From: Narcine bancroftii
Lineage: Eukaryota
Direction of reading: 5' to 3'
DNA: 64,000 nt
Assembly: GCF_036971445.1 (NCBI RefSeq)
Contig: NC_091476.1
Coordinates: 21,948,001 to 22,012,000, forward strand
Numbering within the stretch: the first letter of the stretch is position 1; each line of letters begins with the position of its first letter. Shown piece after piece: positions 23,931-35,016 of this stretch. The notes beneath the pieces are model-generated. The model was given only the letters and a program-made list of their open reading frames with translations. It made no database searches and was not told the DNA's origin. Position numbers and translations under genes: made by a program.

Positions 23931-24264
23931 ATGTTTAAATTTAAAAGTCCCTTGTGATTGAATACATAAAAACTGCCATGGAATAGACAGCAATTTTAAT
24001 CTGTGCTAAAACCAACAAAGCCTCTATATCTCCTGGTATCTAAATAGGAGTTGAGCCCAAGTATTTGCTCTGATTACTAGTTGACTCTGGCTGGAAATGT
24101 TGTTTCTGTAAACATAATGAACTTGATCAGATTTTGTTGAGATACTTGCTGTGGTCCAATGCCGATACTTATCAAGATCTGTCCCTGAATATGGTAGATT
24201 ATTATTTTTGCAGCGAGTTGAATGTTATTTCATCTTAATTTTTAGTTTTCTCATTTCATTTTAG

Positions 24265-24365
24265 GTATCGAGTTGGCAATGGAAGCACTGAATCTGGTGA
24301 ATGGCTATAATCTGATGGGCAAGCCAATCATCATAGAGTTTGGGCAGAATCGATCTGACCAATGA
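24265..24365 (+). CDS. RBM41: RBM41 coding exon 7 (end of RRM, stop codon)
   Basis: TTTAG|; encodes IELAMEALNLVNGYNLMGKPIIIEFGQNRSDQ*. Total spliced CDS is 1194 nt = 397 aa plus stop, with all exon phases compatible. Confidence 0.94.
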
Positions 24366-24476
24366 CCTGTACTTTCAGAACAATGACCAAAGGAAGGAGT
24401 TTCACTATAATGAGGTGGCTATCACTCAGTCCAAATACTTTACATATCAAAAAGTGCCATGCCCTACCCTGTCCTA

Positions 24477-24482
24477 AATAAA
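24477..24482 (+). terminator. Candidate proximal poly(A) signal of RBM41
   Basis: AATAAA 112 nt after the stop codon, followed by T-rich sequence. Confidence 0.5.
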
Positions 24483-27400
24483 GATATTGAGACATTATAA
24501 TGCATTAATTTTTAATTCTTGAAAATATTTTTTTTAATTTAGGAGGTGAAAATAACTTCCTTCTCTGGATAATTAAATCACAAGCAAGGGAATAGTTTAA
24601 AGAATCACTTTTGGCCTTGGAGTGGAAACTGATGTGATATTGAGCCATTTTGCACAGGGAAGTTCAAGATTTAGTCTCTCATAATGAACCCTAACGACTA
24701 CAGTTGAATGAACCTTTCCTTTGATGGAGTTGTACACGCATAGAGCTTCTGCTTTTACACCTAAACAGTTTCAGTTAAGTTTACTCATAATTGAAACAGG
24801 AGGTCTCAAATGAAAAATAGATCTTCATGCATGATATGAGAATCCTGGATAAAGTCACTGACTCAGGAGAAGAGGGAGAAAAAAACTACAACTCTGTGAA
24901 AAGCCATATCTTTAGTTCAGGAAAAACAGGTTTATAAAAGTGTTCATCCTGCTTCTTTAAAAATCACACTTTCACAGGTTTTTAACCAATATGATGAGTT
25001 TTTTTTTTGTTTAAAGGGTTATGGATTATTTTAACAAGTTAGATTTTTTTAAAAATCTCTCGGTTAGAAAAATTGTTGCTGAACTTCATTGGCGAAAATA
25101 AATTCTAATAGAAGCTTTTATGGAAAAGCTTTTGATACACTTGCCTGGTTAGGTATAAAGATCCAATAGAAAAGCAGACTAAAGAATACAGAAATATATT
25201 GGTGCTTTTTGCAGCCTAGTTAGTTCCAGTTTTCTAGCTTTTCCATATCTGGAAAGTGGTTTCCTCCAATCTGGTTTGTGTGTGTTTTTCCCAGCACTTC
25301 CATCGACTCGAAGTAGAACAAATTCTGACCACTCCCAGCAGGTGTACAATGAGGGATATAGGATTGAAATATCCAGTTCATTGATAATTTTTATAGATGA
25401 GATAAAATTAGCTTAACTTTAACATAACATTGATGATAATGCCATTAAAGACAATCTCAATGTCCGGAGGTGATGATTTTAAGTGATGAGACAGTGTTTA
25501 AAAGTGCAATGATGTGCTGCATTAAGAACTCAATCAAGCCTGTTCTTCAATTTGCGACACAGCTTTCTATGTCAGTCAAAAACTGCTGCAAAAGGATAAT
25601 ATACTAATTCTCCCAATGTTCAGCTGAGGAATGGACCAATTAACTTAAAATATTTACATAAAAATGATGAAGTAATCCTCTATTCCTGGGAGTTGTACTT
25701 AATGCTCATAAATCTCTGGAGAAATATATGATGCCAAAAAATGTGTACAAATTATATACTTGGAGTTGATCTTTGCTGCAGTCAATTCAAACAATGTCAT
25801 CTGTCAGTCGGTCTTAAACCTTGTATGTCTATTGGATAAAGGATGATTAATCTCCTATCTCTTTGGTCTCAAATCTAGGTTATACCCTTATTATTTGTGC
25901 AAAGTATAGAAACAATTGAATTGCACTTTCTTAGAGAATAAGTAATTAATGTTCTGAAAGTTGCCAAGAACATTATTATCTCTACAACAAGCAACTGAAA
26001 AGACAATTAATAATAACCCCAGGTTTCTGAAAGCTTAAAAAAAATCTACTTCTCATGGTGGCACTGGTAATTTTTCATCCTTTATATTTCAAAATAGTTC
26101 TACATAATTATTCTTAATCTTTTAAAGGTAGGTATTACAAGTTAAAATATTTTATTTTGAATTATGGATCTGGTGCTTTATATACATTTGGGTTTTCAGT
26201 CAGTGAGAAAGAAATTATCAAATAGATATCAGTAATGAAGCAGCACAGGAGTTTTGTCCTGATCAAAGATTACATTGATACTCATTAGAACGGTCTTGGA
26301 AATAGTGGCAAAAAAATGGCAACAGGGACAAGAGTTATATTTGAAGTAAAAAAAATTAGAAATGTAGGCTGCGTGTGTGTAATCTGATAAATTCCAGGCT
26401 ATAACCTGATGATTAAATAATTACAATTGCAAACATTACAAGCCATTTGTCTCTTGTTTATTAGTAAATATTTACAAGTATAAAATAAGTTTTTTGACCA
26501 AAATTAGCCTAATTTCTACTGTGCCATTTTTACTTTCCTCTTAGATAAATAACTAGTTAATAGGGAAAATCTCAATAGTTGGAGTTAGTTTGAAGTACTG
26601 GAATTCTGTGATTTGTACTTCTGCAAGTGACACAACACATGGAAGTTTAGTATTTATTAACATGTGTTGCAATATTTCTAGACATCACACTAGGAATACT
26701 GACTGAGCCCAGTCTTGCTGAGAGCTTCCAGCATTAGGCTGGGGAAGATTTTACTAGTTCCTTATCAGTTGAGTCTGATTTTGAGACCCCAATAATTTAA
26801 ATGGGGATTCTAGCCCTGTTAATCAGGAGACAGGATTTAAAAAAAACTTTAATGTTAATTACATTTTAACAATTCAATTTGAAATAAATATTTTAACAGT
26901 CATGGCTATTCATGCTATTAAAAAGCTTTACAGCTTTATCTAAAGATGAAATTGTACTCGACATTTTGCTTTCTGTCCAAGTTGATCAGGGGTTCCCTGT
27001 GGGTGGGAATCTTATTGATGCTATTTCAGCCCAGCTGCAGAAGACTAGCAATATTAGCCATCCATATCCAGTTCATAAGTACAGGCACTGGGCCAGTACG
27101 ATTCCAGAAGGAAATAATTCAGAATGTGGGGCTGAAATCAGTACTGTAGATACTGTACTACAGATGTTAGGCTCTTTGTTTAGTGTTGGAGGGAAAATCT
27201 TGAATGGAGAACTGTAACTTTAAATATAACATGTATTTGTATTAAAATGTTGTGGATGAAAATGCTGGAAATTTGAAATATAAAAAAACCATTGAAACAT
27301 TTGGAGAAACCTGAAACATTAACTCCGTTTCTCTTTCCACAGATACCATGTGACCTGCTGGTGTTACAACCATTTTCTGTCCTTTTTTAAATCTTTAGTA

Positions 27401-28734
27401 TTTATTAGCTTAGTTTATTCAACAAATTTAATGTTGTGGGAATTTTAGTAGATTTGCATGAAACGTATCTTGGTCATGTTCCTGTTTGGCTGAGCAAGTA
27501 AGATTTTTGGTGCATATATACATTGTACTTTTGTATACAACAATAAACTCATTATCATGATCCAGGGATTACATTTATTTCAACTAAATTTGCATGAGGT
27601 GGATGCATTTGGATAAATTCCAAGGAGAAGCCCAGTGTTTCAAAATTCTGAGAACAGAGTTGAGAAAGAACACCAACAGTTTAATTTTCTGCCATATTAA
27701 GGTAAAACAGTGCATATTGGCTTTCTTCACATGGTATAATATTTCTAGTGATGCAACTACCACATTGTTGTATGAACACTGAAACGTGAACAGAAGGTGG
27801 TCTGGTGCTAAAAAAAATCTGAGTAATTTGGGTCGAGCAGCATCAGTGGGAGAAAAAGATGGTCAACGTTTTAGTCTTCTAAAAAAATTTTGGCTGGAAA
27901 CATTAACCTTTTTTTTCCTTCCTTCAATGCTGCTCGACCAGAGTTCCTTCCGCAGATCCTATTTAGCTTAAGGTTCCAGCATCTGCAGTTTCCTATGTGT
28001 CTCTAGTAGGCTATTTGGTCCTTTGTGCATACTCTGAATTCAATAAGATCATGGCAGTGCTTTTATCTCAGTAGTATTTTCCTGCACTGACCCCATAATC
28101 TTCAATTCAGTTAATATATTAAAAACATAACCTCGGTCATGAACACACCAGACAATCGACACAGCAAAACCCTGTTTGGTGGAGGCAAAAAGAGTTGTCA
28201 ATTTTAGAGTGAGAATTTTTTTTCTCACTGTCCAGAATAGCCAATGCCTTATTTTCCTAGTAAGGGAAAAAAATTATCCCGGCATTTATCCTGGGATCAT
28301 TCTTCTAAGATCAAAAGAATAGAGCAGCATGTTTAATCTCTCCTGCCATCTCAGGATCAATCTGGTAAACTCCTTTGTTATACTCTTTGTATTGCAAGTA
28401 TATCCTTGGGCTTTGAGAACAAGCCTGTACAGTCCTGGCAGGCCTCCGTATAAATGCAGACACAATCTTGTGCTGGAGATCCTCTTGAAATAAAGATGAG
28501 CCTTGCCTTCATCAATGCACATTGAAAGTGGACGTTAATTTTAGTGGGTGATTTGTAAGGTAAGTAAACTGGAACTATTTTTCTGTCTGACATCTTTATT
28601 TTAATCATCTATTGATATTTTAAGATGATAAATTGATTTTGTGTATATATTAATAGGAACTAGGTATGCTTGACAATGAAGATAAGTACAAGACATTGAA
28701 AGGAAAGCACAAGTATAGAAGGCAAATGGTGAAA

Positions 28735-28945
28735 AGGGCAGCACAGTTAGTGTAGTGGCTATTGCAATGTTGTTAAATCACCTATGACCAGGGTTCGAAT
28801 CTGGTGCTGTCTCTAAGGAGTTTGAACGTTCTCCCCGTCTTCGTGGGCTTCCTCCATTCTTCAAAATGTACCATGTTTGCTCAACTGGCAGCACGGATTC
28901 GTGGTTAGCAAAGGCCTGTTACTTACTGTGCTCCATGTCTAAACT
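28735..28945 (+). mobile_element. V-SINE (HE1-like)
   Basis: GGGCAGCACAGTTAG head, GGTTCGAATC B-box, GGAGTTTGAACGTTCTCCCCG core. Confidence 0.7.
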
Positions 28946-29659
28946 CTTTTTAGAATTTAAAATTTTAATTTAAAGACTCGAGACTGCATATGCAATTTTT
29001 CATAGTTTTAGTTTAGTACTTTCTTCAGAGAAAGTGTAACACTCATGGTGAATTTTCTGGATGCGAAGAAATTGATGTACAAACCTGTATTTGCTTATAG
29101 TAGAGCGTTTGTATTAACACATAACAAAGTTCTTAAAGGAAAATCAAATCTGCAGATGCTGGAATTCTGAAAATAGAGAAAATGTTGGAAATACTCTTAA
29201 CTGTTATCATTTATGCAGCCTGATCTGTTTATTGTTCTTAAAACAGTTTTTTTTTAAAAAAAGTTCAAAAATCATACAAGCCTGACAGGTTAGACGCAGG
29301 AAAGAGGTTTCTTCTGCTGATGAAGTAAAATCTAAAATAAAGGATGATTTTGACCTTGCTTGGAAGAAACAATTGGGGATGTCACAGCCATAGAAATAAG
29401 AGGTAGGCTCTTTACAAATGAGATGGTGAGAAATTTCTTTACAAAAAAATTGAAAATCTTTTGAATTCTGTAAATTCCATCAACTCTGTTGTCGAGTTCA
29501 TTCTAAACAGGTGGATTTTTGGGTTATAAGGGAAATAAGATGTGGGGATAGTGTAGGAAAAGGGTACCCTAATCAATAATCTTCAAAATATTCAATTACA
29601 CTGGTCACTGACAGGCTCCTCCAACAATAAAAAAAACACTCTTAAAAATCTTAAAGCAC

Positions 29660-30662
29660 GAAGGTCTTCAAGCACTTCGCTTCTTTATTGAGCGGAGACC
29701 CAACCAGTCACCTTCTACCACTAGCCTCTTCTGCCTGGCAGAACTTGACCTATCACTAAACCACAACTTCTCCTTTAACTTATCTCACTTCATCCAAATC
29801 AAACGATATTATCCACATGGGTCCCAGCTACGCCTGTTTGTGGAGTAATCCATGCTGTCAGCCTACACAGGTAATGCCCCTCAACTCTTCCTCCTTTATA
29901 TTGATGACGATATTGGTGCTGCCTCATGTACCCACAAAGTTCACAAACTTCATTCACTTAGTGGGCAACTTCCAGCCCAAACTCAAACAGTCCATTTCTG
30001 TGACTCCCTCATGCACTCATCCCACCACTAATTCCTACCTCCATCCCCAGCATCTTCCCCTGTGGCTGCAGGAGGTGCCACACTTGCATCCACACCTCCT
30101 CCCTCATCACAATCCATGGCCCCAAACAGGTCTTTCAAGTGAAGCAACCACAGGATTGATTTACTGCATCTGGTGGTCCCTTTGTGACCTTCTCTACATT
30201 GGAGTGACTGGGACACTGCTTTGCTGAGCGCCAGTGACAACCATTTCAGTTCTGTGTCACACTCATACTTACATGTCTGTCCATGGCCTGATGTACTTAC
30301 TATCTCACGAAAACCACCCATAAAGTAAAACACCCGATTTTGTGTTTGTGTACTCTCCAGCCAGATGACATTGATTTTTCGGGTTTCTGCTAACCTTTTT
30401 TTCCTTTTCCTTCCCCTGTGAGCTCTCCACTCCCTTCCCTCTCTATTCACCTCCCCTTGCTTGCTGCTTTACCCTCTCTCCCTTCTCCACCTATTACTTC
30501 CTGCCTTTGTGACCACACCTCCCCTTACCCTTTTATTCTGATGCCTGCTGGCATTTTTCCATACCTTGAAAGGTTCAGGCCCAAAACATCAGTTATATAT
30601 TTTTATCTTTGGTATATAAAGGACACCATTTGTCTTGCTGAGTTTCTAATTGTGTTTTTACT
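29660..30662 (+). mobile_element. Penelope-like element fragments (RT and GIY-YIG)
   Basis: MGPSYACL RT motif and LIYCIWWSLCDLLYIGVTG endonuclease motif; pseudo-LTR tail like the one at 17490-18390. Confidence 0.75.
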
Positions 30663-31224
30663 TAAAATAAACTGATCAACTTTGATCAATCCCTACTGGT
30701 TTACAATCCCTACTATTGTTCACATTCCTTGATGCAGTGGTAGAGCAGGCACAGTACAAGATACCACCAGTTGTATGGAGAAAAGGTCATTATTTTACTG
30801 TTTTGGGGTTGATGCAGAGCCTACTTTTTCCAGTGTACATTAAGCTGCTCCTTTAACTCCCTTGTACCTTGCCAAGCTTCCTTGCTACAAACATTAGAAT
30901 CATAAATTAATTGAAAAACACAAAAATAAACTGCAGATTCTGGAGTCTTGAGCAAACAATGAAATGCTGGAGAACTCAGCGGGTCAAACTACTTTATGTA
31001 TTCCATGGGTAGAAAAGGTAAATCAATGTTTGGGTTGGTACCTTTATATTGAGATTAGTTTCTTCAGCATCATTGTTTGCTCAACTTATAATAAATTATA
31101 AGTAAAAACACAATGCTGGAGAAACTCAGCTGGTCAAACTGTACTTTATGTAGCAAGGATACATAACCAATGTTTCAGGCTTGAGCCCTTCATCAAGGTA
31201 ATTAATTACATTAGACAAGGAGGA

Positions 31225-31720
31225 TTTGCTTGCTGAACACTTTTGGGTGTATCTTATGGATTTTGGGCACACACACACAAAAAAAATCACAAATTTTCCA
31301 AATATATACTTTTTTATAAAAATAACCCATTTGTGATTTCCTGTCATATTTTAATGTCTACTTCAAGCAGACAAAACATGAAGTGCAACATGTCATTAAA
31401 AGTTCATTTTCTGCATGTGCACTTGAACTACTTCCCTGCTGATCTTTGAGCACAGTGAAAGGGGTATCAGGGTCAAGTGAAATCCATCAATGCTGGCTGA
31501 CTGTTGCTGGGCACTGACGTGAGAGGCATCAGATGCTGAGAACAAACGCAAATCAACAGCAAGACATTTTTGGTCAGTTGAACTAACGCAATGTGCTGGC
31601 ATCAATATATTAAAGTCAATGTTTCTCCAACTTACTATGTGATACAGCAAATCTGAAATCACCTTTGTCTTTAGCTTGAAGTGGTCTATAATACCCTATT
31701 TTATTTTCGGGAAACAAACT
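31225..31720 (-). mobile_element. DNA-transposon-derived repeat, inverted relative to the copies at 14595-14790 and 53700-54222
   Basis: Shared block ATTTCAGATTTGCT...CATAG..A.TTGGAGAAA.ATT, and AAAAGTGTTCAG shared with the 53700 copy. Confidence 0.7.
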
Positions 31721-31909
31721 TTTTTTTTGGGGGGGGGGAAACTTGAATAGTGTGACCTAGCATTTCCCTCTGCCTTTCTTGAGTAAACCCATTGCGCTTG
31801 ACATCGTCCGTCATCCAATATCTCATCTGCGGGCAGTGAACCTTCTTTAACCCTTACTAACCTGGAGTCCAGATCAGGTGGTGGAAATTGTGACTACGTC
31901 GTACGGTCG

Positions 31910-32053
31910 CCCATGGGCGTCGCCATATTGTACTCCGCCGTTGGATGTCATTCTCACCCACGGGCGTCGCCATATTGTACGGCATTCAGCCGCCGTTGTA
32001 CGTCATTCTCACCCATGGGCGTCGCCATATTGTACGGCATTCAGTCGCCGTTG
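31910..32053. repeat. Three imperfect tandem copies (47-55 bp period) of CCCAYGGGCGTCGCCATATTGTAC...CGCCGTTG...
   Basis: Seen directly. Confidence 0.9.
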
Positions 32054-32099
32054 ACAAGACTGCGCCCTCACCTGGGAAACGAAGGATTCTCGATCAAAT

Positions 32100-32138
32100 A
32101 TGGCGAGGTTAAGTGAGCATGGGATTCGCCTCAGTGCG
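32100..32138 (+). CDS. MORC4: MORC family CW-type zinc finger protein (probably MORC4), coding exon 1
   Basis: MARLSEHGIRLSA|GTAAGC; GIRLS is the MORC3/4 N-terminal motif. Confidence 0.85.
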
Positions 32139-32236
32139 GTAAGCTTTAAAATACCGAGACAAGCCTGGGAAATCAAACGAGACCTCTGTGGCAAAGCTTT
32201 CAAATGACGCTGACGATATTTTACTTTGCTCCTCAG

Positions 32237-32309
32237 ATGAGCCCTACCTACTTACACACGAACTCGACCAGTCACACCTGGCCCTTCAGCGCAGTGGCCG
32301 AGCTTGTAG
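32237..32309 (+). CDS. MORC4: MORC4 coding exon 2
   Basis: CTCAG|[25 protein letters not shown]|GTAAGA; GHKL motif I. Confidence 0.93.
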
Positions 32310-33439
32310 GTAAGAGACGTGCACCCTTCGCGTCATTTAAATAACGTCGCCGGGACCGGGTTGCGCAGCTGACCGGGGACAGGTCTACTTCTATTTTACG
32401 TTGAATTGCTTTAATTTGGTTCAAAGGCTCAACTGCAGCGACAACCAAACTTGCCGAGGAGCGCGTGATTGGCTCCTCGACTGACGGTTCCCGCATCCAA
32501 TCGTCTGATGGGACTTCATTTTGGAGGGCGGGTTCGTCGATAAGAGGAGGGGGGGGCAGGCGGCGGTCGTTACAGCCAATCAGTGCGCTCCCTGCCGCCG
32601 AACTATTTGATTAACATCGATGGCAGCCAATCGAATTTGACCTAACCGCCTCCAACGCCCGTTGAGAGGGTGCGAGACAGGGACCGGGGAGGGAGAAGGG
32701 ACAGCAGGTTAGGTTGCGGGTGGATGAGCCTCTCTGCGGTGTTGAGTGAACTATTGAGGAGAGGGGTTGCCGCGGGACCGGTTGGGGGGTGGGGGGGTGC
32801 ACCGGGTGGGACCTCGCTAATCTCCTGACTGCGGGCTGACCGGGCACTTGGACGAGTCTGCTGCAATCACCCAATCACAGTTTGCAACGGAATCACAACA
32901 AACACCGCGTGACAATGCGGGTGAACCTCGGGCTTCCGGGTTCGCTGTCAATTTGGGAGCATGCAAACTCAGGTGATTGGGTGGCTCGGGACCAGATGGG
33001 AGGCCCCCGCTGGGAGGTGTCAGCAGTCCCGGGGGGGGGGGGGAGATGAGGAAATCCTTTAGCAGGGCGTGTGCATATTCAGTCGTTTGTTGCCTTCGAA
33101 TTGGTTCCGTACCTCGCTTGGTCGCAGGTCGCGAAGAGAAACGTTTGTAGGGTTTCAACGAGAAAGTCTGCAGAAGCTGTGTAAATCACAGATGTGCTGG
33201 AGAAACTTTGCAGGTCACGCAGCATCCCCAGGAAGTAAACGTTTCGTGCCTGAGCTCTCTCCATCTCAAGAGGTAGCAGTGTAGATAGATAAACGTGGAG
33301 TATTTGCATTGGTTGGTTGATAAATACAGGTAGACCACACAAGAATCAAGTCCAAAAGCGGTACATTGTGCACATAACAAGCCTGAAATACAACAGTGAA
33401 AATATAGTGGATGCCAGAAGTACCACCTAATTGGGCAAG

Positions 33440-35015
33440 GTTTAAAAGTTCAGATTTATTCATACATCACATACAATCTGGCAATTTTTTTTCCAGTGGG
33501 CCAGGCAGAATTTCTACTTGGTAGTTGTGTAAAAATACTGTTCAAGGTAAGATCATATATAAAAAAAGAGAAATGTAAAGAAAGAAATATACACAAATTA
33601 TCTACAATACAGAGAATAAATATTCAATAGTGCAAAGTAAGTGTCCTTAAATGAGTTTGTTGTTGAGGAGTCTTGGTGGAGGAGAAGCAGCTGTTCCTGA
33701 ACCTGCTGTATGGCAGTGACTAGAACAGAGCATGTCATGGTGGTGTGAATTCTTGATTGCTGCTGCTGTCCAATGGAAGTGTTCTCTCTAGATGTCACTA
33801 GCAGGGAGAGTTTTGCCTGATGTTCTGGGCTGTGTCCACTACTTTTTGCAGGGCTTTCTGCTCTGAGATATTGGGGACCCATACCAGGCTGTTGTGCAGC
33901 CGATTAGCACGACTACACATCTGAGGAAGTTTGCCAAGGTTTTCAATGTCATACCAAACCTGCACAAACTCCTGAGACAGTAGATGCACTGACATGCTTT
34001 CTTTACAATGATCTGGTGTGTTGGGTCCAGGAAAGATTTTCTGAGATAATGACTCCCAGGAAATTATCTCTAGCTGCCCCACTCCACCTCTGATTCTTTA
34101 GTGATCAAATCTGGTTTTCCCCTCCAAGAGTCCATAATCTGCTTTTTGGTGACATTGAGTCCAAAATTGTTGTTAGTATGCCATTCAGTTTTCAATCTCC
34201 CTCTGTATGCTGATTCTCAACTTTTTTTTATACAGCCCACTACTGTTGTATTGAAAATTTATAAAGTGAGTATTGCAGGAGGCTAAGAACACAATCCTTT
34301 GGTGCTCCAGTACTGATGGAGATTGTGGAGATGTTCTTCCCAATCTTCACTGATTGTAGTCTTGAGGTGAGGAAATCCAGGATTCAATCACACAGTGAGG
34401 TATTGGAGCCCAGGTCTTGGAGCTTGCTGATCAGTTTTGAGGAGATGATGGCACTGAATGCTGAACTGTAGTTGATAAAGAGTATCCTTATGCACATCTA
34501 CTATGCATTATACTCCTTCAGAGGTTTGTGGAGGTTTGGTATGACATAGGAAACCTTGACAAACTTCTACAGATGGAATGTATGGGTTCACCAATACCTA
34601 TGAGCAGAAATTCCTCCAGTAGGTTACAGACAAAACTCACCACCATTGAGAAAATCTATATGGAATGCTATTGTCAGAGAGCAACAGCAATCAAGTATCC
34701 ACATCACCCATTCTATGTTGTATTCTTGCTGTTGCTATCAGAAGAGGTTTCATTACCACGAGATTTGTACCATCAGATTCAGAAATAGTTGTGCTCTGCC
34801 AATAACAGACTCAATCGGAGACTCGAATAAGGACTCTTACTTTGCACATTGGTACTGAACATTTTTTCTGTATTTGCAGTCAGTTTGTTTACATTTCTTT
34901 CTTTTGTATATGTACTTCTTTCTTAAATGCTGTTTACACTACTGATAAGTAGAAATTCTGCCTGGCTTGCAGGAGAAAGAATCTCAGGGTTGTATATGAT
35001 GTCATGTATGTACTC
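33440..35015. mobile_element. Rex1/Babar-like LINE pieces: a minus-strand copy (~33440-34490) and a plus-strand 3' end (~34500-35015)
   Basis: Same family as 10340-11170 (ISEQKALQKVVDTAQNI; shared AGAAATTCTGCCTGGC 3' block). Confidence 0.7.
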
Positions 35016-35016
35016 T

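Larger units (their letters stand above)
31790..33130. promoter_or_regulatory. CpG island and promoter of the MORC gene, with YY1-type repeats upstream and a CCAAT/GC-box cluster in intron 2
   Basis: High CpG density. CGCCATATT three times (31921, 31968, 32023) plus an inverted copy over the ATG. CCAAT/ATTGG at 32468, 32497, 32576, 32627, 32871, 32976. GGGCGG at 32526. Confidence 0.75.

Noticed and set aside
26912-27217. 101-aa ORF downstream of RBM41
   Set aside because: No recognisable homology and no convincing splice context.
24366-28600. USSE-like tandem U12 5' splice sites as in RNPC3/SNRNP48
   Set aside because: Only isolated partial matches were seen (ATATCCAG at ~25369 and ~27065, ATATCCTTG at ~28400); no tandem RTATCCT pair found by eye.
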